Positions 39,808 through 52,134 of a DNA stretch of 64,000 bases are shown in pieces (positions within the stretch are counted from its first letter, which is position 1; each line of letters opens with the position of its first letter). The position numbers and the translations under genes were made by a program. The notes under the pieces were generated by a model. It ran no database searches, was not told the DNA's origin, and saw only the letters and a list, made by a program, of their open reading frames with translations. Origin of the DNA: Octopus vulgaris. Its lineage: Eukaryota. The stretch spans positions 51,956,001 to 52,020,000 of the forward strand of contig OX597823.1 in NCBI GenBank assembly GCA_951406725.2, in the 5' to 3' direction.

Positions 39808-40010
39808 GCCGTTTGAGAATGCATAGGGAACAGACAAACAGAGAAACAAAGAATTTTATATATATAGATGAAAAAAAAATTACATATTGACACACATGGT
39901 GTCTGATACTATTACCTTGTAAAATTTGATTTGATTTGGTCGCGCTATTTGGGAATGCATAGAGAACAGACAGACAAGATGGGGGGCAAAGAATTTTATA
40001 ATTATAGATA
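39808..40010 (-). mobile_element. Two tandem Helitron/DINE-like 5' ends
   Basis: TCTATA..TATAAAATTCTTTG..TGTCTGTTC.CTATGCATTC present twice. Confidence 0.45.
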
Positions 40011-40075
40011 AATGTTTATATTATATTTTGTTCTTTCCATTCTTCTTGTTTTCTTTTGACTGTACTTGAATATAT

Positions 40076-40117
<42 letters not shown>

Positions 40118-40356
40118 CATATGTATGTGGGGAGGGTTATAAATTTTCTTTGCAACTTTAAAGTTGTACGTCAGTTGTGCATACTGTAGAATTAAATGTG
40201 TGAAAAGTATAAATGCAAGTGTTTGTTATATTTTTATATATACATTCATTCTTGAGACTGTAAATATTCTATACGTGTGCCATCATTACTTATACAGACC
40301 ATGATGCAAATCTGAAATTTTAAAATTATGTTTTGTAGCTGATTTACTGTTATTCT

Positions 40357-40920
40357 TTGGTAAGTAGATTGCTTACCAACCACATGGTTCCAGGTTCATT
40401 CCCACTGCAGGGAACCTTGGGCAAGTGTCTTCTACTATAGCCTCAGGCCAACCAAAGCCTTGTGAGAGGATTTGGTAGACAGAAACTGAAAGAATCCCGT
40501 CGTATATCATCATTATCATCATCGTTTACCATCTGTTTTCCATGCTAGCACGGGTTGGATAGTTCGACCAGGGTCTGGGAAGCCAGGAGGCTGCACCAGG
40601 CTCCAATCTTGATCTGGCAGTGTTTCTACAGCTGGATGCCCTTCCTAACGCCAACCACTCTGTGAGTGTAGTGGGTGCTTTTTACGTGCCACCGATATAT
40701 ATGTATGTATTTGTATATATTTGTGTGTCTGTGTTTGTTCCCCCAACATTGCTTGACAACCAATGCTTGTGTGTTTATGTCCCTGTAACCCTAGCGGTAA
40801 GTACTAGGTTTACAAAGAGTAAGTACTAGGTTTACAAAGAATAAGATCTGGGGTTGATTTGCTCAACTAAAGGTGGTGCTCCAGCATGGCCACAGTCACA
40901 TGACTGAAACAAATAAAAGA
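40357..40920 (+). mobile_element. SINE family A with a nested RTE 3' end (40507-40693, minus strand)
   Basis: Head and tail flank the RTE segment at the central microsatellite. Confidence 0.9.
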
Positions 40921-41189
40921 CTACATTGGTAATCCTAACAATAGTTTAATGGAATAAACAACAACTTTTGCATGTCCCTTTAAAATAAAATTGAATAAAT
41001 GAATCCTTACATTTTTTAAGCTATCAATTATAATATAACCCTTCAATCAATAACGATATCATATTTATAACTGGCTTCATAATATTTAAAAGGTTATTCC
41101 TATTGTAGATTGACCTCAAATCACGAAACTTTAAAAGTCAGAATTTTAAAATTGCACAGTGGTGTTATAATAAGCCACTATAAGTGTGT

Positions 41190-41528
41190 AGTGAAGGGGC
41201 ATGGCTCAGTGGTTAGAGTGTCAAGGTTATGATCGTGAGGTTGTGAGTTCAAATCCCAGACTGGGTGCATGTTATGTTCTTGAGCAAGACACTTCATTTC
41301 ACGTTGCTCCAGTTCACTCAACTGTAGAAATGAGTTGTGACATCACAGGTGCCAAGCTGCATTGGCCTTTGCCTTTCCCTTGGATAACACTGGTGGCATG
41401 GAGAGGGGAGACTGGTATACATGGTCGACTGCTGGTCTTCCATAAACAACCTTGCCTGGACTTGTGCCTGGGAGGGTAACATTCTAAGTGCAATCTCAGG
41501 GTCAGTCATGACCGAAGGGTGTCTCAGA
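41190..41528 (+). mobile_element. tRNA-derived SINE (D-like)
   Basis: TGGCTCAGTGGTTAGAG box A and GAGTTCAAATCCC box B, then TTGAGCAAGACACTT body. Confidence 0.8.
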
Positions 41529-41608
41529 GGTAAGTGTGTATAGTGTGTTGCGTCGAGACCACCATTATTTTATCAATACAACACACACTATTATATTATA
41601 ATCTATAA

Positions 41609-41822
41609 AAGGCTGCAAGCTGGCAGAGTTGTTAGCATGCTAGGCAAAATGCTTAGCAGCATTTCATCTGTCCTTACGTTCTGAGTTCAAATTCCACCAA
41701 GGTTGATTTGCTTTGCATTCTTTCAAGATCAACAAAATAAGTACCAGTTGAATACTGGGGTCAAGGTAATTGATTAACCTCCCTTCCCCAAATTTCTGGC
41801 CTTGTGCCTATAGTAGAAACAA
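41609..41822 (+). mobile_element. SINE family C
   Basis: AAGGCTGCAAGCTGGCAGAG..GAGTTCAAATTCC..AATAAGTACCAG. Confidence 0.88.
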
Positions 41823-42504
41823 TCATAATATAACCCATTTTCAGCGGTATTTTTTATTAGATTTCTCACATATCTATTAAGTCCTTTATAGTTCATTTTG
41901 GAACTGTAAGGTATACATATGGGTTCCTAAATCCATCGTAATTATCAATGTTCCTAGATTTACACAGCATCATCAATTGGATATGACAAGCATACCTGCC
42001 TCATTTTATAGTAGAAAACAATGTGATTTCTGAAGATTTATTGCCTGATTTTGTTTAAACATTAATGTTTTCGTCGATTTTCGGTGACTGTTACATTCCA
42101 TTCTTTTATCCATGGAGCTATTATCTCATTTTCTTACATACCAATTATTTTATTTTATTATTTATTGATTGTTTTATTTCATTATTTATTGTCTGATTTG
42201 TCTCGTTTCCCTATTCAATAATTGTTTCATTTCTCTATTTAGCATTTCTTTCATTATAATAATTAATTAATCTATTGCTTTTGATTTACAACTAATCTAT
42301 TGTTTGCTTTTCTCTTTCTAGAAATTGCTTCAGTTGTGTTTATTATTATATGTTTATATTGCAGTTGATATTTTATTCTGATATACATATAGCATACATA
42401 AATGTATGTATGTATGTATGTATGTATGTATGTATGTATGTATGTATGTATGTATGCATGAATGCATGCATGCATGTGTATATATATGTATGTATGTACG
42501 TGTA

Positions 42505-42890
42505 TATATTTTATTTTATTTTATCTAGTTTCAGCTCACGAGCTGTGGCCATGCTGGGGCACCGCCATTTGGTGTTGCTACATAATTTTACTTCACGAAT
42601 GCTTTTTAGCAATTGCCATTTGGTGCATGAGAGAGTTTGATGCAGCTGCCCTCATCTGCACCTCCTGCCGTGAAGTTGGTTCATCTGGGACACCTGACAG
42701 GAAGAGATCCAGTTTTATTTTAAAGGCATCTGCGTCCACCCCATGCAGGTCTCTCAGGTTCTTCGGGAGGATATTGAAGAGCTGTGGGCCTCTGAAGCCC
42801 AAGCTATCACAGTATCTTGTCCTACATCTTGATGGCAAATTTGGAGTCCTTGGCACTATGCAGTGGCGCCCAGTTCTAGCATTTGTGTAA
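42505..42890 (-). mobile_element. CR1/jockey-group LINE 3' end
   Basis: RTGRHCIVP..SLGFRGPQLFNILPKNLRDL..FKIKLDLFLSGVPDEP..AASNSL; stem-loop tail followed by (TAAAA)n. Confidence 0.88.
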
Positions 42891-43004
42891 CTCTTGATGT
42901 ATGCATGTGTGTATGTATGTGTATGTATATATATATATATATATGTGTATATGTATATGTATGTATATTTATGTATGTCTGTATGTATGTATATATATGC
43001 ACCT

Positions 43005-43390
43005 TTCTGGCACATGTGCTGGTGGCACATCAAAAACAACATTCAAGCATGGTCGTTGCCAGTGCCGCCATGCTGGCTCCTGTGCAGGTAGCACTAAAAA
43101 ACACCTTCTGAGTGTGGTCGTTGCCAAAACCACTTGTGGCACACAAAAGCACTTGACTGGCACACAAAAGCACTTGACTGGCACACAAAAGCACAAAGCA
43201 CCCACTAGACACTCGGAGTGGTTGGTGTCAGGAAGGGCATCCAGCTTTAGAAACTTTGCCAGATCAGATTGAAGCCTGTTGTAGCCTTCTGACTTGCCAG
43301 TCCTCAGTCAAACCGTCCAATCCATGCTAGTATGGAAAGCAGACGTTAAATGATGATGATGATGAGGAGGAGGAGGATGATGATGATGAT
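43005..43390 (+). mobile_element. RTE-like 3' end with internal tandem repeats
   Basis: CACTTGACTGGCACACAAAAG repeats; (GAT)n tail. Confidence 0.85.
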
Positions 43391-43402
43391 ATATATATAT
43401 AT

Positions 43403-43652
43403 AAGGAGCTTACTTTCAAACCTGGTATAAGTGCATATTTGGTTGATTTCATGATAACCATTAAAACACAATCTGCAAGCTGATGGCTTCATGCAACATA
43501 AAATTTTTTTTCAGTCAAACTGAGGCAGATGCCATAGAGACAGTAGGTGAATCTTAGTCTTCCAATCAAAATTAGATATATTCAAGTTGTTTTAAATAAT
43601 TACTCAAACATCATTCCGATGCATATATCTGGTTTTGAAAGTTAGCTCTTCA
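43403..43652. mobile_element. MITE-like element with diverged TIRs
   Basis: GAGCTTACTTTCAAACCTGGTATAAGTGCAT versus ATGCATATATCTGGTTTTGAAAGTTAGCTC. Confidence 0.6.
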
Positions 43653-43802
43653 TGGCATTAGGAAGGGCTTCCAGCTGTAGAAACTCTGCCAGATCAAGAT
43701 TGGAGCCTGGTGCAGCCATCTGGTTCACCAGTCCTCAGTCAAATCGTCCACCCCATGCTAGCATGGAAAGTGGACGTTAAACGATGATGATGATGATGAT
43801 GA
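43652..43802 (+). mobile_element. RTE-like 3' end
   Basis: GGCATTAGGAAGGGC..GCATGGAAAGTGGACGTTAAACGATGATG. Confidence 0.88.
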
Positions 43803-44029
43803 CATATATATATATATATATATATATGATAGAAATTTTGAAAAGAATAAATGAACTGTGCCATATCTTATTTAAGTAATAGCATATCTGATTTCATATT
43901 CTTCTGAATTTAACCCAACATCCAACAAAACGGTTACTGATTTACTTTATCTGTTCCTCTATAAAATTTATACACAATCCTTAACTCATTGAAAACATTA
44001 TATACTAAAATTATAGTTTCTTAATAAAC

Positions 44030-44262
44030 ATACATAAATACATTCATACATACATACATACATACATACATACATACATACATACATACATACATACATA
44101 CATACATACATACATACATACATACATACATACATACATACATGCATGCATGCATGCATGCATACATACATACATACATACATACATACATACATACATA
44201 CATACATACATACATACATACATACATACATACATACGTATGTGCATACATACGTACATACA
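44030..44262. repeat. (CATA)n microsatellite
   Basis: Directly visible. Confidence 0.95.
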
Positions 44263-44264
44263 TA

Positions 44265-44570
44265 ACAAATACTGTCCTGGAATAAATATAGAGTAGCCCC
44301 TTGTTATTGAATACATGCACAAACACCAGCACAAGGAATACTGGCAGAAAATTCCCATCAAAATATCTGTCAAGTATGAGCATAACAGGCTGGGTATTGT
44401 TGCCTGGGACAGACAAGAAATGATAAGTACAAACAGAGAGATCAGCTGTCCTGATATTGTGAATATCTCTTTGAAAATCAAAGAGAAAGAAGAAAGCATG
44501 GACAACTGCTTAAAAACCTCCAGCTTCTATATTCATATTGCAAATTTACATTTATACCAATAATAATTGA
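44265..44570 (+). mobile_element. R4/Dong-like retrotransposon endonuclease fragment
   Basis: EYWQKIPIK..HNRLGIVAWDRQE..EISCPDIVNISLKIKEKE..FTFIPIII. Confidence 0.8.
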
Positions 44571-44589
44571 TAGATATTGGTGGACTAAG

Positions 44590-45935
44590 CATTTACTTAC
44601 AAAACCAAGTGCCCCAATTACTATTGGTATAAATGTAAATTTCTAATCTGGATACAGATGCTGTAGGTTTCAAATCAGTTGTCCATAGTTATCTTCTTCT
44701 TCTTTGATTTTTGAAGAGATATTTACATTAGCAGGACAGCTGACCTCTGTGATGAAGCATACTTTTTCTTGTCTGCCCCAAGCAAAATTATCTGGCCTGT
44801 TATGCTTATACTTGACAGATGATTTGATGAGAATTTTCAAGCAGGATTCTTTGCTCTGGTATTTGTATATTTATTCAATAACAGGGGGATTCTGTATATT
44901 TATTCTAGGACAAGTCTTTTTTCCAAATGGCTGGGACCACGGGCCATACGACCCCTCCCCAATTCAGGATCACAGCATATAGATACACTGCAACATAATT
45001 TCTTTTCCTCAACAGGCCCTGCCCTGTTTAACATTGTCCCGAAAAAGATCAAAGAAGAAAAGGATTCCATCAACTTTAAACAGAGTCTGGACAGATTTCT
45101 ACAAGGAATACTAGATAAGCCACTCATACCTGGATACAACTCACTCAACAAGAACTCACTACTTGAATGGACCATAAACAAAACTTGACTTAAACAGGAT
45201 TTAGATAATCCTATCAGGTGGTGCTATTAAGTAAGACATGGCCTGGACCAATCTTTGGTTGAAACATATGTAAGCTTATCTAAGTTTATACTGGTTTTGT
45301 GACAATGTCATGTCACAAAGGGAGGTGGTACCTTGATGAAAATTTTGGTAAGCTGTTAATCGTATGTGTGATGTCTTCCACAGAAATATGACATTGCCTA
45401 CATTTACGGCTGCATCTTGGAACTCCAAGTACTTCACTGTCTCTTTTCTAGATAGGTATTTAGTAGCAATCACCTGTTCTTGGACTGCAAATGCATCATC
45501 TTTGAAGTGTGATGGGATGTAGTGGTCATGAGCCCAAGAGAGGTTTTGCTTCAGTGTTACTATCTTCTTCGAATGTACAAGAAACATAACCATGGTATGC
45601 TGAGCATTTCACTTCCAAGTCTTCTTTAAGGTATGCTAATCCAGCTGATTTGGGGTTGTATGGGAGGTCATCAGGATGACGGTAGTTCCTGAGGAGCACA
45701 CTTCCAACATGTAGGATATTGTTTGCTTTGCATTTCAACACCAAGTTAATGTATTTATTTTTACTACTGTTGTTTAGCAAGTGCTGGCTGAGAGATTCTA
45801 TACAACATTCAAAGGCTGTCTGCACTGATCTCATGCCTCTATCTCTTTTATCTCTTCTGAAGTAGAGCCTGTCAATATCACTATTTTTGAGAAAGATTTC
45901 CAGTTGATGTAAGAATTTTGCAGGTTTTAAAGTCT
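44590..45935 (-). mobile_element. R4/Dong-like retrotransposon 3' fragment (CCHC knuckle plus restriction-like endonuclease), interrupted
   Basis: SHFKDDAFAVQEQVIATKYL; CRQCHISVEDITHTINS; HDIV; HNRPD..EVSCPANVN..EDNYG..IPIVIGALG. Confidence 0.85.
44915..45272 (+). mobile_element. CR1/jockey-group LINE 3' end nested in the R4-like element
   Basis: NFFSSTGPALFNIVPKKIK..FKQSLDRFLQGILDKP..NSLLEW. Confidence 0.82.
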
Positions 45936-46034
45936 ATGTATGTATGTATGTATGTATGTATGTATGTATGTATGTATGTATGTATGTATGTGTGTGTGGT
46001 GTGTGTGTGTGTATGTGTGTGTGTGTATGTATGT

Positions 46035-46077
<43 letters not shown>

Positions 46078-46538
46078 TGTGTGTGTGTGTATTTATCTAT
46101 CTTAAATGCAGTAAATATATTTACAAGAAAGAGAAAAAACTATTTCCAGTAGTCTGCAAACTGCATTTCTGATTTTCAATTGGATTTTCTTAGATTTTCT
46201 ATTCAGTCAATTCCTAACAGAATAAATGGATGACTTTTGATGCAGGTATTTGCCACTTGTCTTATGAATAATACATTATACAATTTTGAAGTAAATCTCA
46301 TGGAGAAAATTTTAATGAAGACACTAAATGCTATTGTTAGTCACGGTCGTTTCTATCAGATGGCATATTCACATGAAATATTAAAATGGGTTATTTATTA
46401 ATTCTTCTGACAGAGGAATTGATCACAACACAGTAAAGTATCCAACTACTCATCAGATTTAACCTTGGCTTCTCTTTTCTTACTTGCACTTTCTCAAGAT
46501 TTTTTTTTTATTATTTTCATTTATACACATGTTGCCAT

Positions 46539-46705
46539 GTAGGCACTAGCATGGTTGTGTGCTAAGAAGTTTGCTTCCCAACCACATAGCTCTAGGTTCA
46601 GTCCCACTGTGTGGCATTTTAGGCAAGAGTTTTCTACAATAACCGCCAGCCAAGCAAATCCTTGTGAGTGGATATGGTAGACAGAAATTGAAGGAAGCCT
46701 GCCAT
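46539..46705 (+). mobile_element. SINE family A, 5' half
   Basis: Head motif through GAAATTGAAGGAAGCCTGCC. Confidence 0.8.
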
Positions 46706-46724
46706 GTGTGTGTGTGTGCATGTA

Positions 46725-46774
<50 letters not shown>

Positions 46775-46779
<5 letters not shown>

Positions 46780-46971
46780 ACAATAATATTAGGGAGTATA
46801 ACTCCAAACTTTCAGGGAAAAATTCAATTTAGTATTAAATCAAATTTCACAGTATAAATATATAAAATATATAAAAAAGTTTATATTTTGAGTTGCATAA
46901 TAGTGGCTTTATCTCTAATTTATATTTTATATATATGTATATATATATGTGTATGTGTGTGTGTTTGTGTG

Positions 46972-47026
<55 letters not shown>

Positions 47027-47167
47027 ACAATAATATTAGGGAGTATAACTCCAAACTATCAGGGAAAATTTCAATTTAGTATTAAATCAAATTTCACAGT
47101 ATAAATATATAAAATATATAAAAGAGTTTATATTTTGAGTTGCATAATAGTGGTTTTATCTCTAATT

Positions 47168-47172
<5 letters not shown>
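46775..47172. repeat. Tandem duplication (period ~247) of an H3-type terminus plus microsatellite
   Basis: ATAATAACAATAATATTAGGGAGTATAACTCCAAAC..GCATAATAGTGG twice, nearly identical. Confidence 0.9.
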
Positions 47173-47203
<31 letters not shown>

Positions 47204-47214
47204 TGTGAACTCGT

Positions 47215-47408
47215 GAGTACTGATGGCAATTTTTTTCCTCTGTCTTCCCTTCTCGGGATCTTTCCTTCTCCTATGTTTCCGATGAAGAGCTCCGCTCATA
47301 ACATTAAACCCTCCTTCTTCCCTTCTTTCCTGAGCGTCCAATAATACTTTATTTGTTCCACGTCCTCGTGTAGTTGTGTTTTTTTGCTTTCTTGTTTGGA
47401 TTAACTAC
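47215..47408 (+). mobile_element. Family H2 element; degenerate hammerhead at 47275-47309
   Basis: GUUU CCGAUGA A GAGC UCC GCUC AUAA CA UU AAAC. Confidence 0.7.
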
Positions 47409-47467
47409 ATATATATATATGTGCATGTGTGTGTGTGTGTGTGTGTGTAAATATATACATATTTGTA

Positions 47468-47780
47468 TATCACCGTGATCTCCATGACCGACCAGGCTAT
47501 CAGATGTTGCTACACATCACTGGTCACAATGCTTCACATTGTTTTAGCCTTCAAATGACGCCAACCCACTGGCTAAGTGAGCAGGCCAACAGAAGAAAGA
47601 GTGAAAGAAAGTTGTGGCAAAAGAATACAGCTGGGATATCCACCTATCCCTGCCGGAGCCTCGTGGAGCTTTAGGTGTTTTCGCTCAATAAACACTCACA
47701 ATGCTCAGTCTGGGAATCGAAACCGCAATCCTACAACTGCGAGTCTGCTACCCTAACCACTGGGCCATTGTGCCTCCACA
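47468..47780 (-). mobile_element. SINE family D
   Basis: GGAGGCACAATGGCCCAGTGGTTAGG..GGTTTCGATTCCC head. Confidence 0.82.
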
Positions 47781-48484
47781 TCTATATATAGTTAGGTTAT
47801 ATTCTGTTAAAAACATAGTAGAGTACAGTATCAAGCTTGCTCACCTTCAGAGTTTGCCCTGTGATAACCAACAGTAGTATAATACCTACTGCTAGATTTG
47901 CATTGGGGCTTCTGTAGTGTGCAAATGGATAATTGAATAAGTTGTGAGATCTTGTTGTTTAGACACGATGCAGGGAAACAGTTACATAACCAAATACCTG
48001 CAAATCTGAAGAACTATGTTGCATAGAAACAATTGTAGTGATTACAAATAAATGCTCCTCTGTATAAGCGTATATGTGAGTGTATTTGTGAAATAGTACA
48101 ACTTAGCATGTGCAACCTAGCATGTGAAACAAAGTGGACAGCCAGTGCATCCAATGCCACCCATGTCAAGCATGCAGTGGCATGTTGACAGTGAGCAGAT
48201 TGGAATTGCCAGCATCTGCTAGATTCAAAAGAGCCAGTTGCATGTGTTAGCATCAAAGCCAAAGATTTACTAACTGGGACAGCGATTACATATCATGTGA
48301 GGAGATGTATCTGGATCCCATTATATAGGTAAACCATTGCTTAATTTAAATCCTGTGTATATGTATATCTATGTGGTATCGAAACATGTGTAGTGTTCGT
48401 TAAATAGCTGTCTGGACGTACTCATTCTTGACTATATTTATTCAATTTTATGAATGTTTGTGTGTATGTGTATGTGTGTGTGTG

Positions 48485-48678
48485 TGTGTGTGTGTAATTG
48501 TTTTTGGGTTTGTCTCACAGCACCACTTGGCAACTGGTGTTGCTAAAAGAGACAGGTAGAATAAGTAACAGACTTTAAAAAGAAAAGGACTTGGGTTAAT
48601 TTGTTCAATTAAACCCTTTAAGGTGGTGCCCCAGGATGGCCACAGTCTAATGACTGACACAAAAAAAAAGATAAATGA
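48485..48678 (+). mobile_element. SINE family A, 3' half
   Basis: CACCACTTGGCAACTGGTG..GGTGGTGCCCCAGGATGGCCACAGTCTAATGACTGA. Confidence 0.78.
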
Positions 48679-48684
48679 TATCTT

Positions 48685-48918
48685 AAGGCAGCGAGCTGGC
48701 AGAAACGTTAGCACACCGGGCGAAATGCGTAGCCGTATTTCGTCTGTCGTTACGTTCCAAGTTAAAATTCCGCCAAGGTCGACTTTGCCTTTCATCCTTT
48801 CGGGATCGATAAATTAAGTACCAGTTACGCACTGGGATCGATGTAATCGACTTAATCCGTTTGTCTGTCCTTGTTTGTCCCCTCTGTGTTTAGCCTCTTG
48901 TGGGTAGTAAAGAAATAG
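48685..48918 (+). mobile_element. SINE family C, well-preserved full-length copy
   Basis: CpG-rich; AAGGCAGCGAGCTGGCAGAAACG through GGGTAGTAAAGAAATAG. Confidence 0.92.
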
Positions 48919-48989
48919 ATATCTTTTATCTTTTACTTGCTACAGTCATTTTTTTTATTAATCTCTGATGTCTTACTACAATTACTTAA

Positions 48990-49211
48990 CCCTTTCGCTA
49001 CTGTATTTCTGTTGAGATGCTCTGTGTTTCTTTCAATTAATTTTAAATATAACAAAGAATTTAGTAAAATAACTCAGTTATCATTCAGCTAGTGTTAGGA
49101 ACATAAATTATGACTAAGGTTTGGTGGAAGATTTTAATTCAAAACTTATGAAAACAAGACATTTGTACTACAGAGCCAGAGCCAGTTTCAGCCAGGCTGG
49201 TATCAAAAGGG
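48990..49211. mobile_element. piggyBac-type MITE
   Basis: TTAA|CCCTTTCGCTAC ... GTATCAAAAGGG|TTGA. Confidence 0.75.
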
Positions 49212-49369
49212 TTGAAGAGTGTGTAATCATGTATTTCTTTTAAAAAAATGAAAAATGTTACTTTGTTTTGCAACATGTTTGCTTTATCAATGTTTTCAAT
49301 CTATGCTTGCATGGAAAATGAACATAAAATTGTTATGAAGATGATGATGGTGATGATGATACATACACA

Positions 49370-49410
<41 letters not shown>

Positions 49411-49838
49411 ACACACAACACACATGCACACACATATAGAAAGAGAGAGAAATAACAAGAGAGAGAGAGAGGGAGACAGTGTGCATGTGTGTGTGTGCGT
49501 GTGTGTGAGAGAGAGAGGGAAATATAATTTTGAGTCAGTGGAAATCATGCATAGTACTGTTTCATTCTTTTTAGAAACTATCTGAGATATATTAATTAAA
49601 CATTTTATGAAGCAAGGTATTTCACATAGATAGAAAATAATACAACAGTCCGAAAGAAATTCATGGAATATGTGCTTTTCTTTCTTTATAGAGTTTAGCA
49701 ATCAAGAGAAAACACAAAGAATATTGTTAGTGTCACCCATAAAAAAATAAGAACAAGTAAAAATACCCTTATTAATTAATATGAAATAGCATTTCTTATG
49801 TTACTAATCTTTTGGTTAGCTAATCAGATTGCTTTTAC

Positions 49839-49930
49839 CAGGAATTCATGTTCTACAGTCTCCCAAAGTGGACCACTGTTTGCAAATTTTCTTCCAAGAA
49901 GTTGACACCTAATAATAGTGCACCTGAGCT
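49839..49930 (-). CDS. Candidate 92-nt internal coding exon of an unidentified gene
   Basis: TTATTGTATACAG acceptor, CTG|GTAAAA donor, single open frame LRCTIIRCQLLGRKFANSGPLWETVEHEFL; non-repetitive island. Confidence 0.3.
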
Positions 49931-50442
49931 CTGTATACAATAAGTTCATTTTTATTATCGTCATCATCATCATCATCATCAACTTCATCATCATATTCCT
50001 AAATATTCTCATTTAGATGCACATCTGAACTCTGACCTTGCTAGAGCATCATTTTATGGAGTTTTCTCTGACAATTTTTTGGTTGCTTTTGTATTATGGG
50101 TAACAGCATTGTTGAGTTAAAAATTACTTCATAATTTTTAAAATTTTTTTTACTGGAAATGATTTTTTTTTCAGGACAAGAAATAATTGTCTTCTTAATA
50201 ATGTTAGAACTTCCAAGACAGTAATTTTCTGTATAAATCCTATCAGTTCACCAACAACTATAAGTGAAAATGTACATCTTACAATGATTCTACCTATTCA
50301 CAGTTACTGAAATCCATTCTGTATGGATTCTCTTACCATGTCTGTGAAAGGTAAAGTTCTGGATCATGACTACAAAACTAAAATCTTGATATAAAACACC
50401 CAGGGAAGTTTCTAAAGTTTGTCTGAATCACAATCACTATAC

Positions 50443-50838
50443 TTCCTATTTCTTTATTGCCCTAAAGGCGCTAAACATAGAAGGAACAAACAAAGAGATT
50501 AAGTCGATTACATCAATCCCAGTGTGTAACCGGTACTTAATTTATCGACCCCAAAAGGATGAAAGGCAAAGTCGACCTTGGCGGAATTTGAACTGAGAAC
50601 ATAACAGCAGATGAAATACTTATTTCTTTACTACCCACAAGGGGCTAAACACAGAGGAGACAAACAAGGACAGACAAACGGATTAAGTCGATTATATCGA
50701 CCCCAGTAACTGGTACTTATTTAATCGACCCTGAAGGGATGAAAGGCAAAGTCGACCTCGGTGGAATTTGAACTTAGAACGTAGCGGCAGACGAAATACC
50801 ACTAAGTATTTCGCCCAGCGTGCTAATGTTTCTGCCAA
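50443..50838 (-). mobile_element. SINE family C, two tandem units
   Basis: GGATGAAAGGCAAAGTCGACCT..GGAATTTGAAC present twice. Confidence 0.9.
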
Positions 50839-51189
50839 AGTACAGTTTCTTTAAATATTGTTTTCTTTTAGTTAACAGAGCCTTCTTAGCACTCCATTTA
50901 GCAATAAAGTTCAGCATCTTTCAACCTTCATGTTTATAGTTCTCCCTGATCCTTTTTACTGCTGTTGTGCCTTTTGTTTTAATGACTCAAAGGATAATAG
51001 AATCAGATATAAGCAATCAACTACATTACAGTGAGATTCTTTTCTTTTCAATAACCATTGTCACAACTTCTGTGGAACTAAATCTATGGAAAACCTGTAT
51101 GTCTATGTGATACTCCAGCCTAGGCTTGTTAGAGTGGCCGTGAAAGCAATATTGTTACTCTTGACATTATAAGAAAAATCTTGGAATAT

Positions 51190-51598
51190 GGGTGCAGATG
51201 TGGCTGTGTGGTAAAAAGCTTGCTTCCAAACCACATAATTTTGGGTTCAGTCTCACCACATGGCACTTTGGGCTAGTGTCTCTTACTATAGCCTCAAGCT
51301 GACCAAAGCCTTGTGAGTGAATTTGGTATACAGAAACTGAAAGAAGCCCATCACATGTGTGTGTGTGTGTGTGTGTGCACGTGTGTGTTTGTGTTTGTAT
51401 CCCCATTGATTGACAACTGGTGTTGGTGTGTTTACATCCCTGTAACGTAACAGTTCAGCAAAAGAGACTGATCGAATAAGTTCCAGGCTTGGAAAAAAAG
51501 ATAATTATCGGGTTTGATTCATTTGGCTAAAAATTCTTCAAGGCAGTGCTCCAGCATAGCCACAGTTTAATGACTGAAACAAGTAAAAGATAAAGGAT
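51190..51598 (+). mobile_element. SINE family A (full length)
   Basis: Head, central (GT)n, tail GACTGAAACAAGTAAAAGA. Confidence 0.9.
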
Positions 51599-52134
51599 AT
51601 CTTGTATGAGAGCTATGTGTTTCTCATGCTTGATATGTTTAAAGATGTTGTCTTTCTGATTCACACTTTATTAATTCTGTTTTACAAGAAATACTTCTCA
51701 CACTCTTTTAACTTTCGTGTTTCCTAAGTTACTGTTCCTCAAACACTTCCTTCTTCACAACCTGCTTGTAGTTACTTTTTCCAGAATGTTCTCAGAGATG
51801 AAAACACTTTTCATGCCTCCTTGGTTTTCTGTGCACAATTTACCATCATTATTTTGTGTAAGATATACACTGTTTTCTTGAATTTCTAGAAATTTTGCCC
51901 AAGACCCACAAAGTGACCAAATTGACTACAAATTCTAGGGTCTAAAATCACTGATGATTTCCTACCATGGAAAACTGCCTTTCAACATCAAATTATCTTT
52001 TTCTGAGCTAGATAATATTGTAATGCTAATCGTTTATTGATACACTACAAAGCTCGAGTGTAACTCATATTAGAATGCTGCTCCCATAACTGGGACAGTG
52101 TTGTTGCTGAGATCACAAATAAATGAGACTGGAT

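Noticed and set aside
41190-41270. tRNA-like sequence (also at 3115, 28230 and 47700)
   Set aside because: Box A/B heads of SINEs that continue into SINE bodies; no complete cloverleaf
45240-45272. Hairpin plus GAAACATATGTA as a hammerhead
   Set aside because: No CUGANGA box; better explained as the LINE 3' stem-loop
47845-47911. Minus-strand exon-like segment with a GTGAGC donor
   Set aside because: Weak acceptor, and it lies among insertions nested in a split SINE; probably TE-derived
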